The translations under genes and the position numbers were made by a program. The notes under the pieces were generated by a model, which was not told the origin of the DNA, made no database searches, and saw nothing but the letters and a program-made list of their open reading frames with translations. A DNA stretch of 60,584 nucleotides, the filler included. It is 5 parts of 5 records of this genome, joined end to end, with 100 filler letters (N's around TTAATTAATTAA, not from the genome) between each part and the next. Parts side by side here need not be neighbours in the genome. Positions count along the whole stretch, not along the records: positions 39,823 to 55,019 come from SRR22947725_2255; positions 55,120 to 60,584 come from SRR22947725_2278; 3 more parts are not named here. One strand, 5' to 3'. Each line of letters starts with the position of its first letter. The first letter of the stretch is position 1. Shown in pieces: positions 52,477-60,584 of this stretch.

Positions 52477-52488
52477 GTAATTGTGCCT
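52473..52488 (-). promoter_or_regulatory. Sigma54 -24/-12 promoter facing the DUF1566 gene
   Basis: Minus strand AGGCACAATTACTGCA: GG-N10-GC with a GGCAC -24 box. Confidence 0.7.
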
Positions 52489-52523
52489 AATATCACTATT
52501 TTATACATAAAAAAGGCAAAAAA

Positions 52524-53288
52524 ATGGATATAGCATCTTTAATTGGACTAATAGGTACTCTAGGAATGATAGCTGGGGCCATGGTTTCTTCAGGAGGCAT
52601 TGGAGCCTTTATAGACACACCATCAATGTTGATTGTTATCGGGGGAACATTCTTTGCAGTTATGTACCGATCAACCTTGCCAATGTTCTTAGCTTCATTT
52701 GGTGCTATGGTCAAAGTTTTCATGCCTGGAGCAAAAAAGCATGATGAATTAATTACTAGACTTACTGAACTAGCGGGAATTGCAAGGAAAGATGGAATGA
52801 TGGCGTTAGAAGGCCAAGAAGTTCCTGATAAATTTTTTGAAAAAGGTTTGCAAATGCTTGTTGATGGAGCTGATGAATCTAAATTAACAGATCAATTAAA
52901 CAGAGAATTAAAAGCTATGAAAGTTAGGCACGAAAATATGACAGGAGTTTTCCAAGCTTGGGTTGATTTAGCGCCAGCCATGGGAATGATTGGAACACTT
53001 ATTGGGCTTGTTGCAATGTTGGGTAATATGGCTGACCCAAAGGCTATTGGTCCTGCTATGGCTGTTGCTTTATTAACAACCTTGTATGGTGCTATGATAG
53101 CTAACTGTATATTTATGCCAATTGTAACAAAATTGGAGGGCTATTCGGCGCATGAAGTGCTTTATAGAGAAATGGTTGTTATGGGCCTAAAATTTATCTC
53201 TAGAGGAGAAAGTCCAAGAAATATTACTGATCAGTTAGTTGCAAACTTACCACCAAAAATCCAAGCCCAAATTGAAGAAGCTGCATAA
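52524..53288 (+). CDS. motA: Flagellar-type stator A subunit, PomA-like (probably Na+-coupled)
   Basis: MDIASLIG, ARKDG..ALE, APAMGMIGTLIGLVAML.NM.DPKAIGPAMAVALLTTLYG. Confidence 0.93.
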   Translation: MDIASLIGLIGTLGMIAGAMVSSGGIGAFIDTPSMLIVIGGTFFAVMYRSTLPMFLASFGAMVKVFMPGAKKHDELITRLTELAGIARKDGMMALEGQEVPDKFFEKGLQMLVDGADESKLTDQLNRELKAMKVRHENMTGVFQAWVDLAPAMGMIGTLIGLVAMLGNMADPKAIGPAMAVALLTTLYGAMIANCIFMPIVTKLEGYSAHEVLYREMVVMGLKFISRGESPRNITDQLVANLPPKIQAQIEEAA

Positions 53289-53312
53289 TTTTTTAGTAAG
53301 TAGGGGTTAAAA

Positions 53313-54491
53313 ATGGCTGAAGCTCAAGTAGTAGAAGAACAAGAAGAAGAAGAAGAATGTCCCAAATGCCCACCAGCAGGAGCACCTGCTTGGATGGCTA
53401 CATTTGCCGATATGGCCACCTTATTAATGGCATTTTTTGTTCTAATCTTATCTTTCGCAGAATTTAATGTTCCAAAGTTTAAACAAATAAGTGGTAGTTT
53501 AAAAAATGCTTTTGGCGTTCAAAAAGTTGTTCCGGTAGTTGAACAACCAAAAGGTACTACAGTATTATCATTAAATTTTAGTCCATCACCTGCTCCTTCA
53601 GTCACAAAAAATCTCAGACAACAAACTTCAGATTCAGAGCAAAAAAACTTAGATCTAAAATCTGAAATTGATGAAGGTGATAGCGCTAAAAGTAATTCAA
53701 AAGAAGTTATGGATGCAAAGGAATTAAGCGAACAAATAAAATCTGAAGTTTCCTCAGAAGACGTTAAAGTTGAAACAGTAAACGACAAAGTTTTACTTAG
53801 CTTAAACACAGAAAACAAAACAGCAGACGAAATTTCTAATTTAATAAAAGATACTGTTGATGCTGTTGAAAATGCTAGAGAAAGTACAGGCGCTAATGAG
53901 ACAGACGTTCTTATTGGTGGGATAGATAAAGACATTAAATCTATGGCTTCTGCAGAAATAGAAAATAAATCATTAAAAGAACAAATGAATAACCTAGAAA
54001 AGCAGAATTCCAATGATAAAAAGGATTTACAGGAAAAGACAAAAAAAGCTGAATTTAGTGAAGATCAACTAAAAGTTGCTCTTAAACAAGAAATTGGTAA
54101 AGGTTTGGCTGAAGTTCAAAGAGAAAAAGATAGAGTTATAGTAACAGTTGGATCAGCAGGAGCTTTTAGTTCTGGATCTGCAAGGCTTACAAAGCAAGCA
54201 AGAGCCATAATGCAAAAAATAGCTAAAGTTAGTGGCAAAGGTGCAGGCCAGGTTAATGTTTCTGGACATACAGATAACGTACCACTAATTTTTGGAGGTC
54301 AATATAGAGATAATTGGGATCTTGCCGCTGCTAGAGCATCAAGCGTTGTTCAAGAGCTAGCAAAAGCAAACACTATACCTTCTGAAAAGTTAAAAGCTAT
54401 TAGTTTTGGAGAAACCAAACCCATAGAACAAAATGACACACGTGACGGTAGAGAAAAAAATAGACGAATTGAAATTGAAATCAAATATTGA
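53313..54491 (+). CDS. motB: Flagellar-type stator B subunit, PomB-like, with OmpA-like peptidoglycan-binding domain
   Basis: CPKCPP.G.PAWMATFAD (conserved Asp), GHTDNVP, NWDLAAARA.SV, NRRIEI. Confidence 0.93.
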   Translation: MAEAQVVEEQEEEEECPKCPPAGAPAWMATFADMATLLMAFFVLILSFAEFNVPKFKQISGSLKNAFGVQKVVPVVEQPKGTTVLSLNFSPSPAPSVTKNLRQQTSDSEQKNLDLKSEIDEGDSAKSNSKEVMDAKELSEQIKSEVSSEDVKVETVNDKVLLSLNTENKTADEISNLIKDTVDAVENARESTGANETDVLIGGIDKDIKSMASAEIENKSLKEQMNNLEKQNSNDKKDLQEKTKKAEFSEDQLKVALKQEIGKGLAEVQREKDRVIVTVGSAGAFSSGSARLTKQARAIMQKIAKVSGKGAGQVNVSGHTDNVPLIFGGQYRDNWDLAAARASSVVQELAKANTIPSEKLKAISFGETKPIEQNDTRDGREKNRRIEIEIKY

Positions 54492-54509
54492 TAATATTAA
54501 TTAAAGTTT

Positions 54510-55019
54510 ATGGTAATAAATATGGAAGACGTAAATAATAACTTAAACAATACTGAAGGGTATTCACCTGAAGCTATTTCAAATTTTGAATTAGCTATTG
54601 AAGAATTCGCAGAATCCCTTTTAGCTATAAAATCTGAAGACGCTAATATAGCTGTTTTTAGGAGCCTTCAAATTATAATGAATGGTCGTAAGAGAAGAAT
54701 AGGTGATTTAGGAAACGTAGAATCTCCTGATGATCCGATGAAAATTCAATTAATGATTTATAATAAAGAGCATGTTCAAGAAGTTCTTAATTTTATTAGA
54801 GAAAGTGGCTTCCCTGCAAAAAACGAGGAAGGATCTCAGTTTATTCACATCAGAGTTCCTAAGCCATCAAGAATGCAATTAGAAGAAATAGGAGATGACA
54901 TAGGTAGACGAACAAATTCAGTTTGTACTAGGCTAACAAAAATGAAAACTAATACAGGACTTAGAATTAGAGCGGCTATGGAAAAAGAATTTATTGACCA
55001 ACGAATTGCTAATTTAGCG
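54510..55019 (+). CDS. Divergent ribosome-recycling-factor (RRF)-like protein, 3'-truncated
   Basis: Spacing and hydrophobic pattern follow RRF (AIE.F...L..I, L.NV..PD, I.I.VP.P), but the IRTGRA and RNIRRD motifs are lost; aligned by eye only. Confidence 0.6.
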
Positions 55020-55119
55020 NNNNNNNNNNNNNNNNNNNNNNNNNNNNNNNNNNNNNNNNNNNNTTAATTAATTAANNNNNNNNNNNNNNNNNNNNNNNNN
55101 NNNNNNNNNNNNNNNNNNN
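55020..55119. other. Artificial contig linker
   Basis: N44-TTAATTAATTAA-N44. Confidence 0.98.
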
Positions 55120-55694
55120 ATAAAAGCCTTCATAGCAGCAGATGAGTTTTCTTTCTTTTCCCAATAATGACCAATTAACAAGTAGGAGCAAACACCTACT
55201 AGCTCCCATCCAATTAAAAGTTGTAATAGTGTTGGTGAGGAAACCAAAACTAACATACTTCCAGCAAACAAGGTTAGAGAGGTGAAGAAAAAAGTATACC
55301 TGACTTCTCCCTGCATATAATTTGTGGCGTAAATGAAAACTAAACTAGCTACTGTCCCAACAACAAAATACATCATTATAGAAAGACCGTCTACCACCCA
55401 ACCAAATTCAAGATCAAATGAACCAATGCTTCCCACATTGATAAAAAATTCTGAAGCTACCCCTTCTGTGACATTTAAATAGAGTAGGTATGAACTGAAA
55501 GCAAAGATGAAACCTATCGTAGCAAGCGCAATTTCAGCACCCTTAAGTGGTAGATATTTTCCAAAGAAAGTAATTAGAAGAGCAGCTATAAATGGGAGAA
55601 CGACAATCAACCAAGTGTATTCAGCGAAAGCTCCACCGTCGGTGTATGTAAGTTTTCCTTCAGCTAGAAAGGTGATTAAATTACTATTTACCAT
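55120..55694 (-). CDS. nuoL: NADH-quinone oxidoreductase subunit L, 3'-truncated
   Basis: DGLS..M, Y...YM.G, GWELVGVCSYLLIG, AAMKAF motifs. Confidence 0.93.
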
Positions 55695-55993
55695 TTCAAC
55701 AAATCAAATTCATCAATATTTGCAGTTTTTCTATTTCTAAACAACATTAAAACAATCGCCAAACCAATACCTACTTCAGCAGCGGCTATGGTGATAATGA
55801 AAATAGTAAAAATCTGACCCTGTAACAATGCATCTCCTAACATTGCGTTGAAGACTACAAAGTTTATATTTACTGCATTGAGGATTAACTCAATAGACAG
55901 CAACACCATAACAACATTCCTTCTAACTAAAATTCCATAAATCCCAATTGAAAATAATCCTGCTGCTGCAATTAAAAAAGGCTGAACACTCAT
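55688..55993 (-). CDS. nuoK: NADH-quinone oxidoreductase subunit K
   Basis: LFSIGIYG...RRN, IELILNAVN, AAAEVGIGLA motifs. Confidence 0.95.
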   Translation of the reverse strand: MSVQPFLIAAAGLFSIGIYGILVRRNVVMVLLSIELILNAVNINFVVFNAMLGDALLQGQIFTIFIITIAAAEVGIGLAIVLMLFRNRKTANIDEFDLLKW

Positions 55994-56508
55994 ATCTGAT
56001 TCTCATCAACTAAAGCATTATCTTGCCTTGCCAAGGTGATTCCACCAATTAAAGCGGCTAGTAAAACGAAAGAGACTACTTCAAAAGGAAATACAAACCT
56101 ACTTAATAAAATCTCACCCAGTAATTCTGTTGAGGTTCCGGTTGTAACAATAATTTGCGTGTCGAATGTATTAAACATCACATATGAAAAAATTACAAAA
56201 ATTGATAGAGAGACAACTAATGCTAAGCTTTTATTCTTATCATTATCTAGTTCTGCATTTTGACCTAATGGCGCTCTAGTGATCATTATTCCAAACAAGA
56301 AAAGAACTATTACAGCACCTATGTATACAAGAACTATCACCAGTGCAACAAATTCAGCGGACAGTAGTAAAAAAGTTGCAGCTGTTATAGCTAATGTGAA
56401 AACTAAAGATATTGCTGCATGAATAACGTTTGAAGTTGTGACAACTTTTACAGAAACCAATAAAAGTCCTAAAAGTAAAAAATAACTGATGATGTCCAGT
56501 GCTTCCAT
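55990..56508 (-). CDS. nuoJ: NADH-quinone oxidoreductase subunit J
   Basis: AEFVA...LVYIGAV.VLFLF, PFEVVS..LLAALIG motifs. Confidence 0.93.
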   Translation of the reverse strand: MEALDIISYFLLLGLLLVSVKVVTTSNVIHAAISLVFTLAITAATFLLLSAEFVALVIVLVYIGAVIVLFLFGIMITRAPLGQNAELDNDKNKSLALVVSLSIFVIFSYVMFNTFDTQIIVTTGTSTELLGEILLSRFVFPFEVVSFVLLAALIGGITLARQDNALVDENQI

Positions 56509-56509
56509 T

Positions 56510-56995
56510 TTAACTCTCTAAACCTTCCACTTCAGGAACTGTGTTTAGCCATTGATCGAGTCTATTTTTATCATGAAGCATATCTCCCATATTGTATTCT
56601 GAATATTCGTACTCTGGTGTCCAAAACAATGCATCAAAAGGACATACCTCAACACAAATTCCGCAATACATGCAGAGAGCATAATCAATATCGAACCTGT
56701 CAAGAACTGCTCTACTGCGTTCCCTACCACCAGGTTTTGCAGGGGGTTGTAATTCTTTATGTCCTTCTATGTAAATACACCAGTCTGGGCATTGTCTCGC
56801 ACAAAGCATACAACTAGTACAAGCATCTGTATCAAGTGCTATGACTCCCCTTGCTCTGGGTGCAACAATTTCTTTTTCAAATGGATAATTAACATTTGGA
56901 TTTGGACTTAGTGGAGATAATGTCTTGAACATATTAAATAAAAGAATTTTCATTCCTGTCAAAAAGCCTGGTAATTTAGGTCTAAATTTTTTCAT
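56510..56995 (-). CDS. nuoI: NADH-quinone oxidoreductase subunit I (two 4Fe-4S clusters)
   Basis: CTSCMLCARQCP and CMYCGICVEVCP; the CPDWCIYI signature resembles actinobacterial second-cluster NuoI. Confidence 0.93.
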   Translation of the reverse strand: MKKFRPKLPGFLTGMKILLFNMFKTLSPLSPNPNVNYPFEKEIVAPRARGVIALDTDACTSCMLCARQCPDWCIYIEGHKELQPPAKPGGRERSRAVLDRFDIDYALCMYCGICVEVCPFDALFWTPEYEYSEYNMGDMLHDKNRLDQWLNTVPEVEGLES

Positions 56996-57976
56996 TTAAA
57001 ATACAACTTTCATTATGGATGTTATCAATATGTTGAGTAAAGAAAGGGGAATTAAAACCTTCCATGCTAAGTTTTGTAGCTGATCTTCTCTGAATCTAGG
57101 AAATGACCATCTCACTAAAACTAGAATGAAGCCAAGCAAAACTGTTTTAGTAATTAAGACAACTGGTCCATAAAAGTTGACCCATTCAGGTGGGAGAAGT
57201 GGGACATGATATCCACCTAGAAATAATGTCGAAGCGACTGCACATAATACAAACATGTTCATGTATTCAGCAATATAAAATATTAAAAATCTTACGCCAG
57301 AATATTCTGTTAAAAATCCACTAACAAGTTCGGACTCACCAATTGGCATATCGAACGGTACTCTCATCATTTCAGCTGTTGCAGCTATCATAAAAATTAG
57401 GAAGGCAAGACCTTGGCCAGAAAGTGCAAATGGAAGTCCAAATTCTATTTGTTTCTCAACTATCCCAACAAGTGACATGGTTTCGGCCTGGATGACAACT
57501 CCAACTACTGCAAGAATTAATGGAAGTTCATATGCAATTAACTGTCCTGCAGCACGTATTCCACCCATTAAAGAGTACTTATTTGCTGAGGACCAACCTG
57601 CAGTAAGAACCCCTAATGTTGAAAGTGAACTTATCGCTAGCAAATAGAAAACTCCTAATTCTAAATCACTCCCAACTAAAGTTGGGCTGATTGGTACAAC
57701 AACGAATAAACCAAAGACTGATGCAAGTACATAAGCTGGTGCCCATTTAAATACAGGAGCGTCAACATTTGTCGGTGTAATATCTTCTTTTTGGAAAAAT
57801 TTAATTATTTCAGCTAGTGGAAAAATGAATCCTCTTAATCCAACATGAAGAGGCCCAGGTCTTCTTTGCATCCATGATGCTCCTTTAACATCGAGAATTG
57901 TAAATATTACTGCTCCGTTTAGTGCAAAAGCTAAAACGATTCCTGCAGTTACTAATATTTGAGAACCATCAATCAT
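56996..57976 (-). CDS. nuoH: NADH-quinone oxidoreductase subunit H
   Basis: MQ.R.GP, KEDI.P, GWSSANKYSL.G, AYELP, R.PFD...ESELV.G..TEYSG, PRFR.DQL. Confidence 0.95.
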   Translation of the reverse strand: MIDGSQILVTAGIVLAFALNGAVIFTILDVKGASWMQRRPGPLHVGLRGFIFPLAEIIKFFQKEDITPTNVDAPVFKWAPAYVLASVFGLFVVVPISPTLVGSDLELGVFYLLAISSLSTLGVLTAGWSSANKYSLMGGIRAAGQLIAYELPLILAVVGVVIQAETMSLVGIVEKQIEFGLPFALSGQGLAFLIFMIAATAEMMRVPFDMPIGESELVSGFLTEYSGVRFLIFYIAEYMNMFVLCAVASTLFLGGYHVPLLPPEWVNFYGPVVLITKTVLLGFILVLVRWSFPRFREDQLQNLAWKVLIPLSLLNILITSIMKVVF

Positions 57977-59169
57977 CTATCAACATCCCCTAAAACAAAA
58001 TCTAGACTGCCCATGATTGCAATCAGATCAGGTAACAATTGACCCTCAAGCAGTACTGGAAGGATTGAAATATTACTAAAGGATGGTGTTCTAATTTTTA
58101 GTCGGTATGGACCCAGCCCACCCTCAGAAATTACATAGTATCCCATTTCACCTTTTGGATTTTCTGTCCTTACATAAGATCGTCCCTTAGGTACCTTTAT
58201 TACCTTTGGAACTTTTGTCTGTAGGGGTCCACTTGGCATGGAGTCAATAGCTTGAAGTATAATTTTAGCTGACTCTCTCATCTCTAATAGTCGAACATAC
58301 CAACGATCATAACAATCTCCATTTTCTCCAACAGGAATCTCGTATTCAAATTTGTCATAGGGTAAAAAATCGGTTTGAGTTCTTAAATCAAACTTTACTC
58401 CAGATGCTCTCAATATTGGTCCAGAGACTCCATATTCTTCGGCAAGTTCTTTGGATATTATCCCAACTCCTTTAGTCCTAGCCTTAAAGACTTCGTTGCC
58501 ACCAACTAAATCTTCCATTCTCTCAACTGCTTCTAGGACTTTCTCCATTGCGTCTCTAGTTTCTTGATAGAAACCTGCTGGTAGATCTTGTACATTTTTT
58601 TTGGTTGTGGGGCCCGAACCTGCTGCTGGTTTTACTCCACCTATTCTATTAAAATTTGGATGAAACCTACCACCTGTTACTGATTCTATTAAATCAAGTA
58701 TTCTTTCTCTATCCTCCATTGCTAAAAATATAGGAGTTAACGCCCCGATCTCTAATGCATAAGCTCCATTGAATACAAAATGAGAAGCAATTCTTGCCAT
58801 CTCTGTGAGAATCAACCTGATGTGCTTTGCTCTTTCAGGTGCTTCTATCTCCATTAGCTTTTCAGTTGCAGCAATGAAAGGTATCTCATTAGCAAAACCT
58901 GATACCCAATCAATTCTATTAACAAGTGTTGTAATTTGGGGATATGTTCTGACCTCAGCTAATTTTTCATAGCCTCTGTGCATATAACCTAGAACAGGCT
59001 CGACACTTGAAATTTTTTCTCCATCTACTTTGGCAACCAGTCTTAATACACCATGTGTTGAGGGATGTTGTGGGCCAATGTTTAGAGTCATGTCTTCAGT
59101 TTCTATTTCAACTGAGACCGAAGCTTCTGAAACATAAGGAACATTTCCTGTATTTAAAATATCATCCAT
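57973..59169 (-). CDS. nuoD: NADH-quinone oxidoreductase subunit D
   Basis: NIGPQHPSTHGVLR, GYMHRG.EK, ENPKGE, GDVDR end; start trimmed to MDDIL. Confidence 0.95.
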   Translation of the reverse strand: MDDILNTGNVPYVSEASVSVEIETEDMTLNIGPQHPSTHGVLRLVAKVDGEKISSVEPVLGYMHRGYEKLAEVRTYPQITTLVNRIDWVSGFANEIPFIAATEKLMEIEAPERAKHIRLILTEMARIASHFVFNGAYALEIGALTPIFLAMEDRERILDLIESVTGGRFHPNFNRIGGVKPAAGSGPTTKKNVQDLPAGFYQETRDAMEKVLEAVERMEDLVGGNEVFKARTKGVGIISKELAEEYGVSGPILRASGVKFDLRTQTDFLPYDKFEYEIPVGENGDCYDRWYVRLLEMRESAKIILQAIDSMPSGPLQTKVPKVIKVPKGRSYVRTENPKGEMGYYVISEGGLGPYRLKIRTPSFSNISILPVLLEGQLLPDLIAIMGSLDFVLGDVDR

Positions 59170-59170
59170 T

Positions 59171-59722
59171 TTAATTATCTTCCTTTGAACCGTTTTCTGG
59201 CATACCTTCGACATCTACTTCACCAGGCCATGGCTTAACTTCTCTACTGATCAACTCAAATGATTTGAGCATTGGATTTCCCTCGTAGTCATCTGGAAGA
59301 TACATTTTTGTGAGGTTTGGATGATTATTGAACTCGATACCAAACATTTCGTATGCTTCTCGTTCGTGCCAATTAGAACCTGCAAAAACCTCAATTAAGG
59401 ATGGAATCATTGCATCTTCTTTTTCTATTTCAGTAGATACTAAAACAACATTTCCTTCAATTGACTCTGACAAGCAAAAAACTATTTCAAAATGTGGTGA
59501 TACTGATTCTTTCGGGGGGTCTCCTACTGAAACTTCATTTTCCCAATCAATGGCGCTTAGCCATGAAAAGTAAGTAAGTTGAAATTCTTCTTTAAGAATT
59601 TTTGCTGTTTCTACCCATTCTTCTGGTTTTACTTTTATTTTTAGGGTATCAAATTCATTTTCTACACTAGAAAATTTTGTAGATATTGACTCAATAAACT
59701 CTGCATTGCTAGACAGGTTCAT
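59171..59722 (-). CDS. nuoC: NADH-quinone oxidoreductase subunit C
   Basis: [28 protein letters not shown] motifs. Confidence 0.93.
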   Translation of the reverse strand: MNLSSNAEFIESISTKFSSVENEFDTLKIKVKPEEWVETAKILKEEFQLTYFSWLSAIDWENEVSVGDPPKESVSPHFEIVFCLSESIEGNVVLVSTEIEKEDAMIPSLIEVFAGSNWHEREAYEMFGIEFNNHPNLTKMYLPDDYEGNPMLKSFELISREVKPWPGEVDVEGMPENGSKEDN

Positions 59723-60206
59723 TTTGATCTGCTTTCCATTTTTCTTTCATGTCTTCTCCTCTTATTTTTTCTTGTAGGAGAATAATTCCCTCTTGTAAAG
59801 CTTCAGGTCTTGGAGGACATCCTGGAACGTATACGTCAACAGGGATAAGTTGATCCACACCTTTTGTAACAGAGTATGAATCCCAATATGGACCACCGCT
59901 ATTTGAACAGGAACCCATAGATATGACATATTTTGGCTCTGGCATTTGATCATATAGTCTTTTTACTGCTGGTGCCATTTTGTCTGTGACTGTTCCAGCG
60001 ACAACCATTAAATCAGCTTGTCTTGGTGATGCAGGTAGTGGGATAATTCCAAGTCTCATAAAATCATGTCTGGGTCCACTTACTGCCATAACTTCTATTG
60101 CACAGCAAGCTAATCCAAATTGGAAATACCACAAAGAGTATGACCTAGCCCAGTTTAAAACTGACGATATCGGTTTTGGTAATCCGAATTTATCAACTAC
60201 TCCCAT
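59709..60206 (-). CDS. nuoB: NADH-quinone oxidoreductase subunit B
   Basis: [29 protein letters not shown] motifs. Confidence 0.96.
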   Translation of the reverse strand: MGVVDKFGLPKPISSVLNWARSYSLWYFQFGLACCAIEVMAVSGPRHDFMRLGIIPLPASPRQADLMVVAGTVTDKMAPAVKRLYDQMPEPKYVISMGSCSNSGGPYWDSYSVTKGVDQLIPVDVYVPGCPPRPEALQEGIILLQEKIRGEDMKEKWKADQNEPV

Positions 60207-60562
60207 TTCAATACATCCTTTCTAATTGCATAAATTAATCCGATTAACAAAATAAAAATAAAAACTAGCATTTCCACTAAACCAAAATAACCTAACTTCT
60301 CAAGATTAATTGCCCATGGGAATATGAATACTGCTTCAACATCAAAAATTACGAACAATAGGCCAAAAATATAGTATCGAATGTAAGTCTGACTCCAACC
60401 TGTCCCGACGGGGTCAACACCTGACTCGTAGGTTGTAAGTTTTTCAGGAGAGGGATTATTCGGCCTGAGGATAGCTGCAATAGATGTCAAAATGAGCATA
60501 AATATAATGCCCACTGCTAACAATACTGCTACTGTTGCGTACTCCTGAAAATAAGAATTCAT
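60197..60562 (-). CDS. nuoA: NADH-quinone oxidoreductase subunit A
   Basis: K..TYESG.DP, FVIFDVE..F..PWA, ends LKWE. Confidence 0.95.
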   Translation of the reverse strand: MNSYFQEYATVAVLLAVGIIFMLILTSIAAILRPNNPSPEKLTTYESGVDPVGTGWSQTYIRYYIFGLLFVIFDVEAVFIFPWAINLEKLGYFGLVEMLVFIFILLIGLIYAIRKDVLKWE

Positions 60563-60584
60563 AATTTGATTTTAACCAACCTGT

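Noticed and set aside
27621-60562. Idea that the lone FDH alpha subunit feeds the nuoEFG-less complex I
   Set aside because: The two lie on different contigs from different phyla.

Overview
The window is not one locus. It is five unrelated contigs joined by four identical 100-nt linkers (N44-TTAATTAATTAA-N44), so no gene context should be inferred across the linkers. (1) 1-15593: division/cell-wall (dcw) cluster of an AT-rich Flavobacteriales-type genome, mraZ to ftsZ plus yqeY, with MraZ boxes and a Bacteroidota -7 promoter element. (2) 15694-30844: AT-rich Rhodobacteraceae contig with purH, lspA, mutL, the RpoE-ChrR singlet-oxygen locus (two divergent sigmaE promoters and the furan-fatty-acid-type operon), a lone formate dehydrogenase alpha subunit, zinc-free L36 and a truncated tRNA-Val. 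(3) 30945-39722: higher-GC Rhodobacteraceae housekeeping contig (lpdA, DUF924, MFS, queA, YhdP/AsmA-like, bcp). (4) 39823-55019: AT-rich, alphaproteobacterium-like contig with a carboxyspermidine polyamine operon, trxB and purU. It also holds the most interesting region, a stand-alone rpoN surrounded by three tandem bactofilins, an M23 peptidase, a DUF1566 protein, a PomA/PomB-type stator and a highly divergent ribosome-recycling-factor paralog. Five sigma54 -24/-12 motifs lie in this region, four of them arranged as two overlapping divergent pairs that each share one -12 GC. (5) 55120-60584: actinobacterial-type nuoABCDHIJKL' operon lacking nuoEFG. All calls come from motif recognition by eye; no searches were run.
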